Made by a program: the position numbers and the translations under genes
Notes under the pieces: model-generated
The model's input: the letters and a program-made list of their open reading frames with translations, nothing else
Told to the model about the DNA's origin: nothing
Databases searched by the model: none
DNA from: Chrysomallon squamiferum
Taxonomy: Eukaryota; Animalia; Mollusca
DNA length: 64,000 bases
Assembly (NCBI GenBank): GCA_012295275.1
Contig: CM022675.1
Coordinates: forward strand, 1,550,001 to 1,614,000
Direction of reading: 5' to 3'
Shown here: positions 23,741-64,000 of the stretch, one piece after another
Layout of the letters: every line of letters begins with the position of its first letter
How positions within the stretch are numbered: position 1 is the stretch's first letter

Positions 23741-24170
23741 GTACAGTTTCACGACGTGCGTATACAAGGACATCTGTAAATGTATCTGTTATAATGTAAT
23801 GATATTTTCACGTTACTATATATTCGTGAAGTGAATCCAAGATCATCTGGCGTCTTTTTCATCTGATTTAAACTCATTTATGGGTTCTGATTTACCTCAT
23901 GAAATAGCAAACGTATGCAAATCATCTTAAAAGCTATTTTGAAGACTAACTATCTGATCATAAGACATCAACTGAGGACCTCTATTAACTTTGATTTCTC
24001 GATTGGTCCATACACTCACCACTGCACCTCGGCTTGTTTAACTTCAACAGTGACTGTACCAGCTATTACATAGCAATCAAATTAGAACATTGGGTACTGG
24101 GTCAGTTTTGCGGAAATTTTCCAGACTTTTGTTTGTACTATTTTTTGTTTATATATGTATGTTTGTAAGT
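23738..24170 (+). promoter_or_regulatory. Putative promoter / non-coding first exon of copy 2
   Basis: Homologous to 2660-3080 (cgattggtccatacactcaccactgca...agctattacatagcaatcaaattagaaca). Confidence 0.5.
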
Positions 24171-24461
24171 ACCTATGTATTAATGCATATTGGTGGGTAC
24201 AAAACATAAATTTATAAAACTACGATGTTAAGAAAAAATGTGATTCATAACAGTTAATGATTATGTTAATACTCTTTTGTTTTATGACGTATCTTTGATT
24301 ATCACAAAGCACCTATATTTCACGGGTACACACAGACACACACGCACTACTATTCATAAAATGTCTCATCATAGGTATTTATTTATTTATTTATTTTTAA
24401 TTTATTAGTTTGTTTGTTTGTTTGTTCATTTATTTAATCTTCTTTTCAGTATAAAGTAAAG

Positions 24462-35132
<10,671 letters not shown>

Positions 35133-35493
35133 CAAATATTTTATATTACTGTAGACGCAAACTAATAGATTCTCAGTAACTAGCCCTCCTTTGTCCTTTC
35201 CTTTCTTTTCTTATTTTTTGTTACATTTATTTATTTACTTATTTATTTGTGTGTTTGTTTCCTTGGTTTTGGGAGTTCTTAAAGATCACTGATTATGTTT
35301 CTGACTATTCCTTTGGTTCTGCTATTCTTTCATTGTTTGCTAACGTTTTTGATTTTCGTTTTCATCCAGTCACTTGTTTATTAATTCGTTTCTTTTGTTG
35401 GTTGGTTGTTTTATTTGTACGTTTATTATCTATTTGTTGTTTTTCGTTTACTTGTTAACTTATATTTATATTTTCTTAACTATTTCTATTTCA

Positions 35494-35536
<43 letters not shown>

Positions 35537-37159
35537 GTTGTTGTTGTTGTTGTTGTTGTTATTCTAGTTATTATTACTTAATTTTAATGTTTGTATTTTG
35601 CTACTCGTAAAGGTTACGTCTATATATTTTATTTTTTGAAATCTACTTCTTTGTTTATTTATTATTATAATTATCAGTATTTTATGTGTCATCTATATTA
35701 TATTTTCACTAGTTTTAATAAATGCTTTAAGCAATGAATTTCGTTTTCTCTTTTCTTTAATAAGTTATAAATATTACCTGACTGTTTAGATCTTCCTGTT
35801 TATTATTATTTATTTTCTTCTCATTTATTTTATATTTTTCTTAATGGGGATTCCGTTATTGGGGTTGTTGTATAAATGCAAGATTTTGAATGTGTCTTAC
35901 GATTGTTCATGCTGCTATTTCTGAGATGGATAATCCTCTTGAAATGATGACATCTTTTTACAAGTTTCATCTCACACGTTTTCGTTATTTATTTTTATGC
36001 TGTATTTTTTAATTTCTTTTTCTTTTATTCTTGTTTTTTTGGGGGGTTTTCGGGGGTCATTGGTTTACTGATTTTTTATTCTTTCATTTGTCCTATATTG
36101 ATTGCTTTAAATATATATATATATTATGATTTGATATTTATTTTTATTTGTTTGTGTAGTTGTTAATATTATAATTATTTAGTTTTCTTTCCTAATATTC
36201 TTGTTAATGCCATAAGCGAAGCAAAATTTTCAAATTTTACTTCCATTACACATTGTCTCTGGAAATTACTGAAGTAACGACTACTTTTTCTTAAAAAGAA
36301 TAAACTAAAAAAGGAATGACTATAGCGATCTTTGGCAGGCGTGATATCGGGATTATATTGTATTTTTCTCACACAGTATTATCGTATCCATTTAATTTTG
36401 TACATGATGTCCAGTCACATCTAAATTGTGCAAATTAATAAAAGTGCCCCGAAAAGAACAATAAAAGGGAGACAACTCCGCTCCTTCCAACTTGCCTCCC
36501 TTACAAAGTTTGTGTTGTGATCCAAGTAGGTGCCAACACTTTTCCCTTTACAGATCCTGTCATTATGAGACAGGAAGATAAACTAAACAATAGTGGACAT
36601 TTTAGTAAAGCACAAAATTACTAGTAGATGAAACCTGTTTGTGCTCCACCCAGCACTCACAGTCCACGTCTAATGTGAACTGACAAAACTGTTTGAGCCT
36701 TTGTAATTTTAATTTTAATTTCTGTTTATTTATTTATTTATTTATCTATTTATTTATTGAGTTGTTTATTTATTTTTAAATTATTTGTTTAAATTAATAT
36801 GGCTATTTTTTATACATCTTGCCGACATCATGTGATAGTATTAAACATTTAATAAAGAACCACAAATCAAATCCCGGGGAAAACGTAATAAGCCCTCCCA
36901 CCCCAAAATTGTCCGATTAAACAGAAAAAAAAAATAAAAAAAATGTTTGTATGGGTATATGCGTACAGATAGATATACTACTGTTATTTTTAGTATAACA
37001 AAACATGTAATTCCCATTTATAGGTAACACTGTAATATTATGGATATTTTAACTAAATAATATCAAATGATTTAATCATTATCGAAATATAATAACCTAT
37101 AAAGGGGAGTTAGGTGACCAGAGTAACATAGTATATGTGTATAACGTTTTCAAAATAAC

Positions 37160-37315
<156 letters not shown>

Positions 37316-37654
37316 GTGGAGTTTTGTTTATGCGACACTGTTGCCAAGCATCTATAAACGCTATTGATTTCTCTCTAGCATTTTCTTATAACCACTTAAT
37401 GACTTGAACAGCAGCAACCAAACAACGCCACCATCAGCAATGTTTTCATTATTATCTACAACAGCAACAACAACAATAGTATTACAAATTATAATAATAA
37501 ACTAGTACATATTTTCCATTATAGACAAGTATCAAAATAAGCATACGACCTGTATATGCGAAATTACAAATGATTTTTTTCCTATGTAGAACAAAAAACA
37601 ATCCTAAGTACAAATGTTCATTTCAAAAAAGTCAAATCGTCTTAATAGTTTAAT

Positions 37655-37840
37655 GTACAAGCCTAGCTGTAAACAAATCATATCAACTGTGTTATGTACC
37701 TGTCTAGCTGTAAATAAATTTGGCTGACAGTGCTGTGTACCAATCTAGCTGTAAACAAATCATATCAACTGTGTTATGTACCTGTGTAGCTGTAAATAAA
37801 TCTGGCTGAGAATGTTGTGTACCAATCTAGCTGTAAACAA
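37655..37840. repeat. ~40-bp minisatellite with 80-bp higher-order period
   Basis: tgtacc..tctagctgtaaa repeated ~5 times with two alternating variants. Confidence 0.75.
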
Positions 37841-39793
37841 GTCAACAGTCAAAACAGCCACATTAACACTAAAATGTTGATATTTTAAACAAAGTAATTT
37901 GTTTTATATTTTTATCACAATGATATTTTAAAATAAAATGTTAGTTCAATCTGGGTTCACAATTTGTTAGACGATGACATTGTTAATTTCAGAAATCATT
38001 AAAATTTCATTATACTATTGTTGTATTTATTATTATTATTATTATTATTATAAAAATGTGTTGTTATATATGTGTTGTGCTACCTGCAGAATATAAATAG
38101 GCAACTTTCCATAAAAGCATCATAGTATGATGTAAATATCTAACAAACTCTATGTCTATGAAAATGCTATATATGTACTTTCTTATTATAATTTTATTTT
38201 TCTTTGTAATTACTGGTTTATATTTTGATTTTTGTCAACATCAGAAAAGCTCATATCCATTTATTCCCTGTATGTTTATTTTATATTTTATTTATTTTAA
38301 ATCTATTTTTATTATGCTAACACCATATGAAATAATGGACATACACACATATTTACATATCAACATACATACATACTTATGGACATGCATAACTTGATAT
38401 ATTATCATCTTCATGATAATGATAAATCGTACATACAGTATACATGAAAACCATAATTAAAAACATATATATACATATAAATAATAGGCATGCACCTTTT
38501 TACAGAAATTCACATTTGCATACAACAATTTTATACGATAAGCCTCAATGAAAATTACCCAGTTTCTGAAAACCCTGCCTATACTTGTGAATCCAGCGTG
38601 AACTTAAACACCATTCTAAAAGAAAAACATTTAAACAAAATCAATAAGAATGGAAGAAATATATATTTTATTGTATGCCTGCATTTTGGTAACTCGTCTC
38701 CTAAGTCGCTGTTTAATCATGTATGACTGTATCCAGTAATGCTAGCTCTAGTAGTTGTAGTAGTAATAGCAATAGTAGAGTTGTAGTTGTAGTAGAAGTA
38801 ATGACAAGAGCATTCATAGATGTCGTAGGTATAACAGTAAAAATAGTAGTTGTAATAAATGCATTAGTAACTGAAGTAATAGAAGATAGACTGTTGTACC
38901 AGTAATAGAACAAGATTAATACTAGAAAAATACGTTGCAGTATTAATAATAGTTGACATAATAATGTACGTATTTCTACATGCATTTATATATGTACCAG
39001 TTTATATATCCACCTGTCTATACATATATCTATCTCAGTTTATCTAGCTATCTACCAACCAGTATAATTTGCCCATGTCTCCTTCTATCCTTCCTTATAT
39101 CTGAGTGTCTATATGTGTGTCTGTCGTTATATGTGTTCCTCTATCTGCGTGAATAGCTATTTTTTTTTTTTTACATTATTTAATTTATTTATTTATTTAC
39201 TTATTCATTTTTATTATTATTATTATTATTAGTAGTAGTAGTAGTAGTAGTAGTTGTAGCAGTAATAATAGCAATAGTAGTATTTGTATTTATTTATTTG
39301 TTTAGAGACATGCCCCATGGCATTATATAAATGTTATGTTGGAGTTTTATTGAAATCATTTAGCTTGTATGAGGGCTGTCGCACATGCAATTTTGTGTAA
39401 GATTTCCATATATTATACGTAAAATTGTACGTAATACCTCGGTTCTTGTACTTTTTATTCTACGAACACAAACAGGTTATCCTCGACACGTCGCCAGTCG
39501 TTATCTCTATCATTAAGATTTTATCACTATACATACATGCATACATATATCTTTAAATATCAGCTTTGTGTGCATGTCTGTGTGTGTATGTTTGTTTAGG
39601 TGCATTTCTGTTTTAGTGTTGTGAATAAACATCGTTCTCACTTATTCAAAATTAAAACATGAGATAAATATATGATTTCCACTAAGTCAGAAATAAATTA
39701 GCAATTAAATAAAACCTTTCAAATTTATCTTTAAGAACAAATGAGTTAAACTCAGAATTCTCACTTACTCAACACTAAACACATAATTTACCA

Positions 39794-44700
<4,907 letters not shown>

Positions 44701-45100
44701 AACTGTTCTGAAGAAAGTATTAAGAAAACTAGTTTGACAACGTTTGACTAGAATATGGTAGTGTACTAATACAAACACACTTGCGATGCCTCACTGCTCA
44801 TCTACACTATTACACGTCTTCCACGCTGTGTTTTTCATTCGCTTGTTGTACGTCAACAAACAGATATTATCTGATAAATTAATGTTTTTCTTTTATTATT
44901 TCTTTTCAGTCTGGATTTTTTTAACTTAAATATAATTATGTGCGCGACTTTATGTATGTCTGTCTGTGAGTTTGTAATACTAATACTACTACTACTACTA
45001 ATAATAATAATAATGTGAGAAATAAAAACACTATACTTATGAATTTCTGAGCAGATTGTGAGAGCTTTCAGACACTGCACTGAATGACTTTGAATATACA

Positions 45101-47334
<2,234 letters not shown>

Positions 47335-47813
47335 CGCACACATATTTAAAGAGACTGGATAGAAAATGATGTGTATAAAACATCGATTCTTTACGCTCGG
47401 AGCATAAGACGCAGCTATCACTCAATTCTTTATTAGAGAAGAAAGAAAATAAAAATGACACTGGGCTTGGCTGGTACGTATTCAACTACGGTCACTGACG
47501 TCTAGTGCTCCAGAAACACAGATACGCATGAATTGTAATACATACTAAGATTTTGGAGAAAGAAGAAAGCTTATGTTTGTGGTTGTTTTTAACGTTAAGT
47601 CTAGGACACAAGTACAGGCATACATAAAATCACCTGAGCACACATACATATATACATACATACATACATACATACATACATAAAGACATACAGACAGTAT
47701 ATATCTATACGTTTTTAGTAGGATGCTAGTTATAAAAAGGTAATATATGTCAAGACTTGAAATTAAATAAATAAGTAAATAATCATCTTATTTCTCTAGG
47801 CTTTCGTCAAAAC

Positions 47814-48010
<197 letters not shown>

Positions 48011-48949
48011 TAGATGTTTTTAACTAGTATCTTGTTCGACAAGGGCAGAGTGTGTCCGAACCATAATTCAAGTCAGATATTGTTATTGCTGTTTATAGCG
48101 TTGTTTATATGACTTATATCATTACAAGCCGGAATAGCACTAGTAGCAGTAGTAGTTGTAGCAGTAGTTGTTGTTTTTATCGTCTTTGTTCTAGTAATAA
48201 TTGCCCTCAGTCTACTTTTCAAAATTAATTTACTGTTGAATATAATGATAACAGTTTTACTCGTAGTGTTACTTTAGTTACATCTGTATAAATTTGTAGT
48301 ACGTAAAACCATAATTAATTATCGTTAATGAGCTTCATGAACTTTTATAGTGTATGTTAATTTAATTGTGCAGCATGCTTAATTAAATGATGTTATCTTA
48401 CGTCATACTAAATTTAATAATAATAAGAAGAAGAATAAGAATAAGAATAATAAGAATAATAATAATAATAATAAGAAGAAGAAGAAGAAGAAGAAGAAAA
48501 GAAGAAGAAGAAGAAGAAGAAGAAGAAGAAGAAAGAAAAGAGATATATGAAATGTTTCGATGACACTAGTGGTGCGCTTCACACTCGATTTAAATGCAGA
48601 AACTTTTTTTTTTTTTTTTTTTTCAGTTATGATATAAATAGAGCAGAACTCATTTCTTTTTTCTTTCTACGTATATAGTGCCCGAACCTTGAATTGGACG
48701 TGGGAAAACGTAAAAAATTGAGTTCTCCATACCTTCTACGTATATTTATTTTATCTTTCCAAACAGAGCACACAGTGTAAGAGAGGAAAACGGTTTATTT
48801 TGCAGTGTTACATTAATAAATGTATGTGTGGATCATTTTATATATATATGTACGTTTATTACTTCGGTGAATGTATGTTCACAGTTTCTATGTATTTTAT
48901 GTATGGTATTTTATATATGTGTATGTATGTTACATATTTTCTATATATA

Positions 48950-49268
48950 TGTATGTTACATCAATACATTTTATATATATATGTTACATCAATACATTTC
49001 TATATATGTGTATGTATGTTACATCAATACATTTCTATATATGTGTATGTATGTTACATCAATACATTTCTATATATGTGTATGTATGTTACATCAATAC
49101 ATTTCTATATATGTGTATGTATGTTACATCAATACATTTCTATATATGTTACATCAATACATTTCTATATATGTGTATGTATGTTACATCAATACATTTC
49201 TATATATGTGTATGTATGTTACATCAATACATTTCTATATATGTGTATGTATGTTACATCAATACATG
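48950..49268. repeat. 35-bp minisatellite (~10 units, some 25-bp variants)
   Basis: Unit gttacatcaatacatttctatatatgtgtatgtat. It explains the overlapping repetitive ORFs at 48800-49390. Confidence 0.9.
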
Positions 49269-49744
49269 GGTGGACACTTGCTATGTATGTGTCAGTAAAT
49301 GTTCATGGACACTTACAATATATTTGTAAGTATCCTACTTCAAAAATGTGTGTATTTCTTCTGTACATTTGTATGCATATTACTACTTAAAATAAATGTG
49401 TACACTCCCTATATGGTTGTATAGGAACAAATATATGTGTCTGCGGGCGTACATTTGTATGTACGTTTATTCAGTGAATGTGTGCTTACATGTCCAGATT
49501 ATTTACTTCAATATATGTGCATGTTTGTCTTCTGTATATTTGCAGGAAGATCAGTTTTCATATCTCTACGCTTCATTTGTATGTGTATGTACGTTATTTC
49601 AGTGGACAATTATACTCACTTTTCTATACATTAGCACGCATTTCACTTCAGTACAAGTGTTTCATCCGCTGTCCGTAAATTTCTATTATAATTCTTTACT
49701 GTCCACTTTCTGTAAATGCATATGTACATTACTTCAGTGAATGT

Positions 49745-50122
49745 GTTTGTACAGTTTCAGGACGTGCGTATGCAAGGATATCTGTAAATGTGTATGTTGT
49801 AGAGTAATGATATTGTCACGTTACTATATATTCATGCAGTGCATTCAAGATCATCTGAGTCTTTTTTCATCTGATTCAAACTCATTTATGATTTCTGACT
49901 TATCTCATGAAACAGCAAACGTATCCAAATCATCTTAAAAGTTATTTTAAAGACTAATCATTTGATCATAAGACATCAACTGAGGACCTCTATTAACTTT
50001 GAATTTTCGATTGGTCCATACACTCACCACTGCAACTCGGCTTGTTTAACTTCAACAGTGACTGTACCAGCTATTACATAGCAATCAAATTAGAACATGG
50101 GTTAAGGGATCAGTTTGTAAGT
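49745..50122 (+). promoter_or_regulatory. Putative promoter / non-coding first exon of copy 3
   Basis: Homologous to 2660-3080. Confidence 0.5.
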
Positions 50123-50432
50123 ACCTATGTGTTAATGCGTATTGGTGGGTACAAAACATAAATTTATAATACTACGATTTTAAGAAAAAGTGTGTTTCAT
50201 AACAGTTAATGATTGTGTTACTACTCTATTGTTCTCTGACGTATCTTTGATTATCACAAAACACCTATATTTGACGGGTACACACAGAAACACAGAAATA
50301 TACACAATACTATTCATAAAATATAACGTCATAGGTATTTATTTTTTATTTATTTATTTATTTATTTTTAATTTAGTAGTTTGTTTGTTTGTTTGTTATT
50401 TTACTTAATCTTCTTTTCAGTATAAAGTAAAC

Positions 50433-61088
<10,656 letters not shown>

Positions 61089-61673
61089 AGATGTCAACAA
61101 ACACCAAATCTAATTAGCCTGAAAAATAGTTCATGTTACTGTAGTAGCAAGCTAATATATTTTAAGTAATTATCACTTTTTCATTATTTTTCTTTTTTTT
61201 TTTTTTTTTTTTATATTTTTTTTTTATATTTTGTTTTGCTTTTTCTATTTATTTAGTTATTTGTTTATATACATATTTTTTCTTTGCTTGCTTGCAGTTA
61301 AATTTCACATATTTAGGGAATAGTTTAAAGAACAGTCATTATTTTTATGAACATTTGTTTGAATGGCAATAAACACAAATTCTAAATACTCAGATATAAT
61401 TTTCTCTCATATTTGGTTTTCATATATCCGCACTATTTTCATGATATTCTGCTTCCTTCAATGTATTGTTTATTTATCTGTTATTTTATTTGCTGTTTTC
61501 TGTTTGGTAGTTTACTTGTTCACTTCTATTTTACTTTTATTTTGACAGCCTACTAGTTTCATTTTTATTTTTACATTTCTTTTTTTTTCATTTTTTTTAT
61601 TATTATTATTATTATTTTTATTATTTTTTTTATTATTATTATTATTATTAGTAGTAGTAGTAGTATTAGTATA

Positions 61674-61938
61674 CAGGTACCGGACCAATTATTCGGACTC
61701 CTTGGGGCCTGAGGCATTCCGGATTTCTGTATTTTCCGGTTTTCTGGTTATAAGACATCTCAATACGTAAATAATTTGGTATAAATATTTTAGAATTTAA
61801 AGCATAAAGAAAAACTAGATCTGGTCTGGTGAGAACAACACCCCTACACGCGAACTATGAAAATAGCGTCGGGAAAAAAACGTCAAGTTTTCTGGTCTTT
61901 CCTGATTTCAGGACGCCGGATAATTGGTTTGGTTCCTG
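61674..61938. mobile_element. 265-bp MITE-like element (Tc1/mariner-pogo type TIRs)
   Basis: Left end caggtaccggaccaattattcggactcc versus reverse complement of the right end caggaaccaaaccaattatccggcgtcc (22/28). It is flanked by TA and TG inside a tagtat repeat and is absent from the 3' flanks of copies 1 and 2. Confidence 0.7.
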
Positions 61939-62816
61939 TGTTAGTATTGGTATTAGTATCACTAATTTTCTTTCTTCTTCGGCTACTAGTAAAGCTTGCA
62001 TCTGCATTTTTCGAACGATATGTTTCTTGTGTATTTATTATTATATCTATGAACATTTTATATTTCATTACATTTTCAGCAATTTTAATAAAAGCTTTTA
62101 GAAATGATGTTCATGTTATTTGTTTTCTTTAATAAGCTATAAATATTACTTGTATTTTATTTAATGTACATATAATTGTTATCATTACTATACGTTAAAA
62201 AACAAATTACCTCACTGTTTTAGACTTCATGTTTATCACTATTTATTGTCTTCTCATCTATTTTTTATGGGGTTTCGGAACTTGGGAGTTTTGTATCAAT
62301 TCAAGGTTTTGAAAGTGCTTAATATTGAAAGTAATCAAAACATATGAAATATTAAATGCAAAATAAAGTTGAAACATCAGTTCATAATTCATTCATTAAA
62401 ACAATTAATAATAATAATAAAAACTCATGCTGCTCTTTGCGAGGATCTTGTTGAAATTATGACATCAGTCTTCAACTTTCATTTCACCCGTCTTTTGTCT
62501 TTTCAATGATACCGATTTTTCTATATCGTACATTTCTTTCTTTCTTTCTTTCTTTATATATTTTATTTTAATTTATTTAGTTATTTATTTGTTTGCTTAT
62601 TTATTTACTTTTTGAACTCATTTCTTACATCTACTGCAATTTCCTAAGGCTAAATATCTTCATTCAGTAAAATAATTCTTCACTTCACGGTAATGGATGA
62701 AAAACACTTCTTGAAATACTTTTTAAATAGATTCATTAATTCAACGTATATATTAAACAGGGAAAATAGGAGGAATAACCAGAGCTATAGCAACAAAGAA
62801 ACACAGACACCCACCC

Positions 62817-62849
<33 letters not shown>

Positions 62850-63002
62850 GACACACACACACACATACACACACAGCTCTGATGGTGAAGCGCAGTTACA
62901 TTTTTCCGTTATGAAGGAATGTAGTTGTGTATGTATGTATTTGTGCATGTATCTACGTGTGTATCCAACTGTCTGTCTGTGTGTGTGTGTATATATATAT
63001 AT

Positions 63003-64000
63003 ATACTCTAATAAAAAAGAAACGCAAAAGTAGATTTTATTGACATATCTATCTAATTGATCAACAGAAACCAGCAGAATGTTAACATTTTACTCACACT
63101 TTCGCAATTCATTAATATTGATGGTATTACATTGAAAAGGTTAAAGTTCAAGGTTATAACAGTATAATATCAATACCTTGTGTGCCTACCATGGGAGTCC
63201 AGACCTGCCTGACATCTCCTTCCCATGGCAGTAATGACATTACGAATTACACCTTGTGGAATTGTGGCCCACACTGTCTGTAGTAAAAATACCAACTGAA
63301 CACGATTCTGTGGCTGTGGTTGATGCTGCCTCAGTCGTCTATCCAACTCATCCCATAAATGCTCTATAGGGTTCAAATCAGAAGATTTAGAGTGACAGGG
63401 CAGGACCTGAATGTTATTGTTGTGTAGGTACGCTGTTGTGAGTCTGGCTGTATGTGGTCTCGCACTGTCGTGCTGGAATACAGCGTTACCATTATTCCTA
63501 ACTGGAGCGACATGTGGCTGCAAAGTTTCATCTCGGTATCTCTGTGCCGTTAAGTTTGCTTGGATGTGCCCACACCATCACACTGTCACCGCCAAATCTG
63601 TCCGCTTCCTGTGTGCAGTTTGCAGCAAAACGTTCACCACGACATCTGTAAACTCGTCACTAAACCAGACAGTTCTCCATCGTAACTGAGGCCAGACTAT
63701 GTGCACTTGACACCACTGACGTCGTAGTCGACGATGTTGTTGAGTCAAAACCACTCTTCTTACAGGCCGTCTGACTTGAATACCTGCCTCGCGTAAACGA
63801 TTGGTCACTGTCTGAGCCGATATTCTACGCAGACATGGTATTGCTGAAGCAGTAGAGGTTGCCGTTGTGTTTCTTTCCCGTAGATGAAGTACACGTATGT
63901 AGTGGACCTGGGCCCAGGTGGTTACACTTGGTCTTTCTGATCTGGGACGGTCACGTGTTGTTTGGTGTTGCTGGAACCGATACACAATCTCAAGATGGTG
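63003..64000 (-). mobile_element. Degenerate Tc1-family (DD34E) DNA transposon, running off the window end
   Basis: ORF 63578-63985 has an HTH-like region and WRTVWFSDE. ORF 63170-63523 has FQHDSARPH...SSDLNPIEHLW with D-34-E spacing. The frames are broken, with an internal deletion. A TIR-like end (tactctaataaaaaagaaacgc) follows a (TA)n tract. Confidence 0.9.

Noticed and set aside
48800-49740. Overlapping 114-196 aa ORFs upstream of copy 3
   Set aside because: They arise from a stop-free 35-bp minisatellite and its degenerate flank, which is open in all three frames.

Overview
AT-rich, microsatellite-dense eukaryotic DNA. It is probably from a mollusc and plausibly a cephalopod; this is inferred from the gene family, the repeat landscape and a tRNA-Arg-like SINE, not proven. 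The window holds a head-to-tail + strand array of three paralogous genes with 19 coding exons each (ATG..stop 3386-13343, 24462-35132, 50433-61088), reconstructed by hand from GT-AG boundaries and phases. Each encodes signal peptide, 2 EGF domains, ZP-N, ZP-C, an RKRR furin site, an external hydrophobic patch and a TM segment, matching the molluscan EGF-ZP (ELDP/EGFZP) layout. The unusual feature is a 9-exon cassette of four SRCR domains inserted INSIDE the ZP-C domain at a phase-1 intron. The cassette, and each SRCR within it, can be skipped in frame. SRCR surface loops are hypervariable between copies while the EGF and ZP-C exons are nearly identical. Ancestry among the copies is mosaic. Every copy carries one +1 frameshift as assembled: the same one in SRCR3 of copies 1 and 3, and a different one in exon 6 of copy 2. 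Intergenic DNA consists of duplicated blocks, minisatellites, a SINE head, a MITE, a 124-bp inverted duplication and, at the right edge, a degenerate Tc1 (DD34E) transposon.
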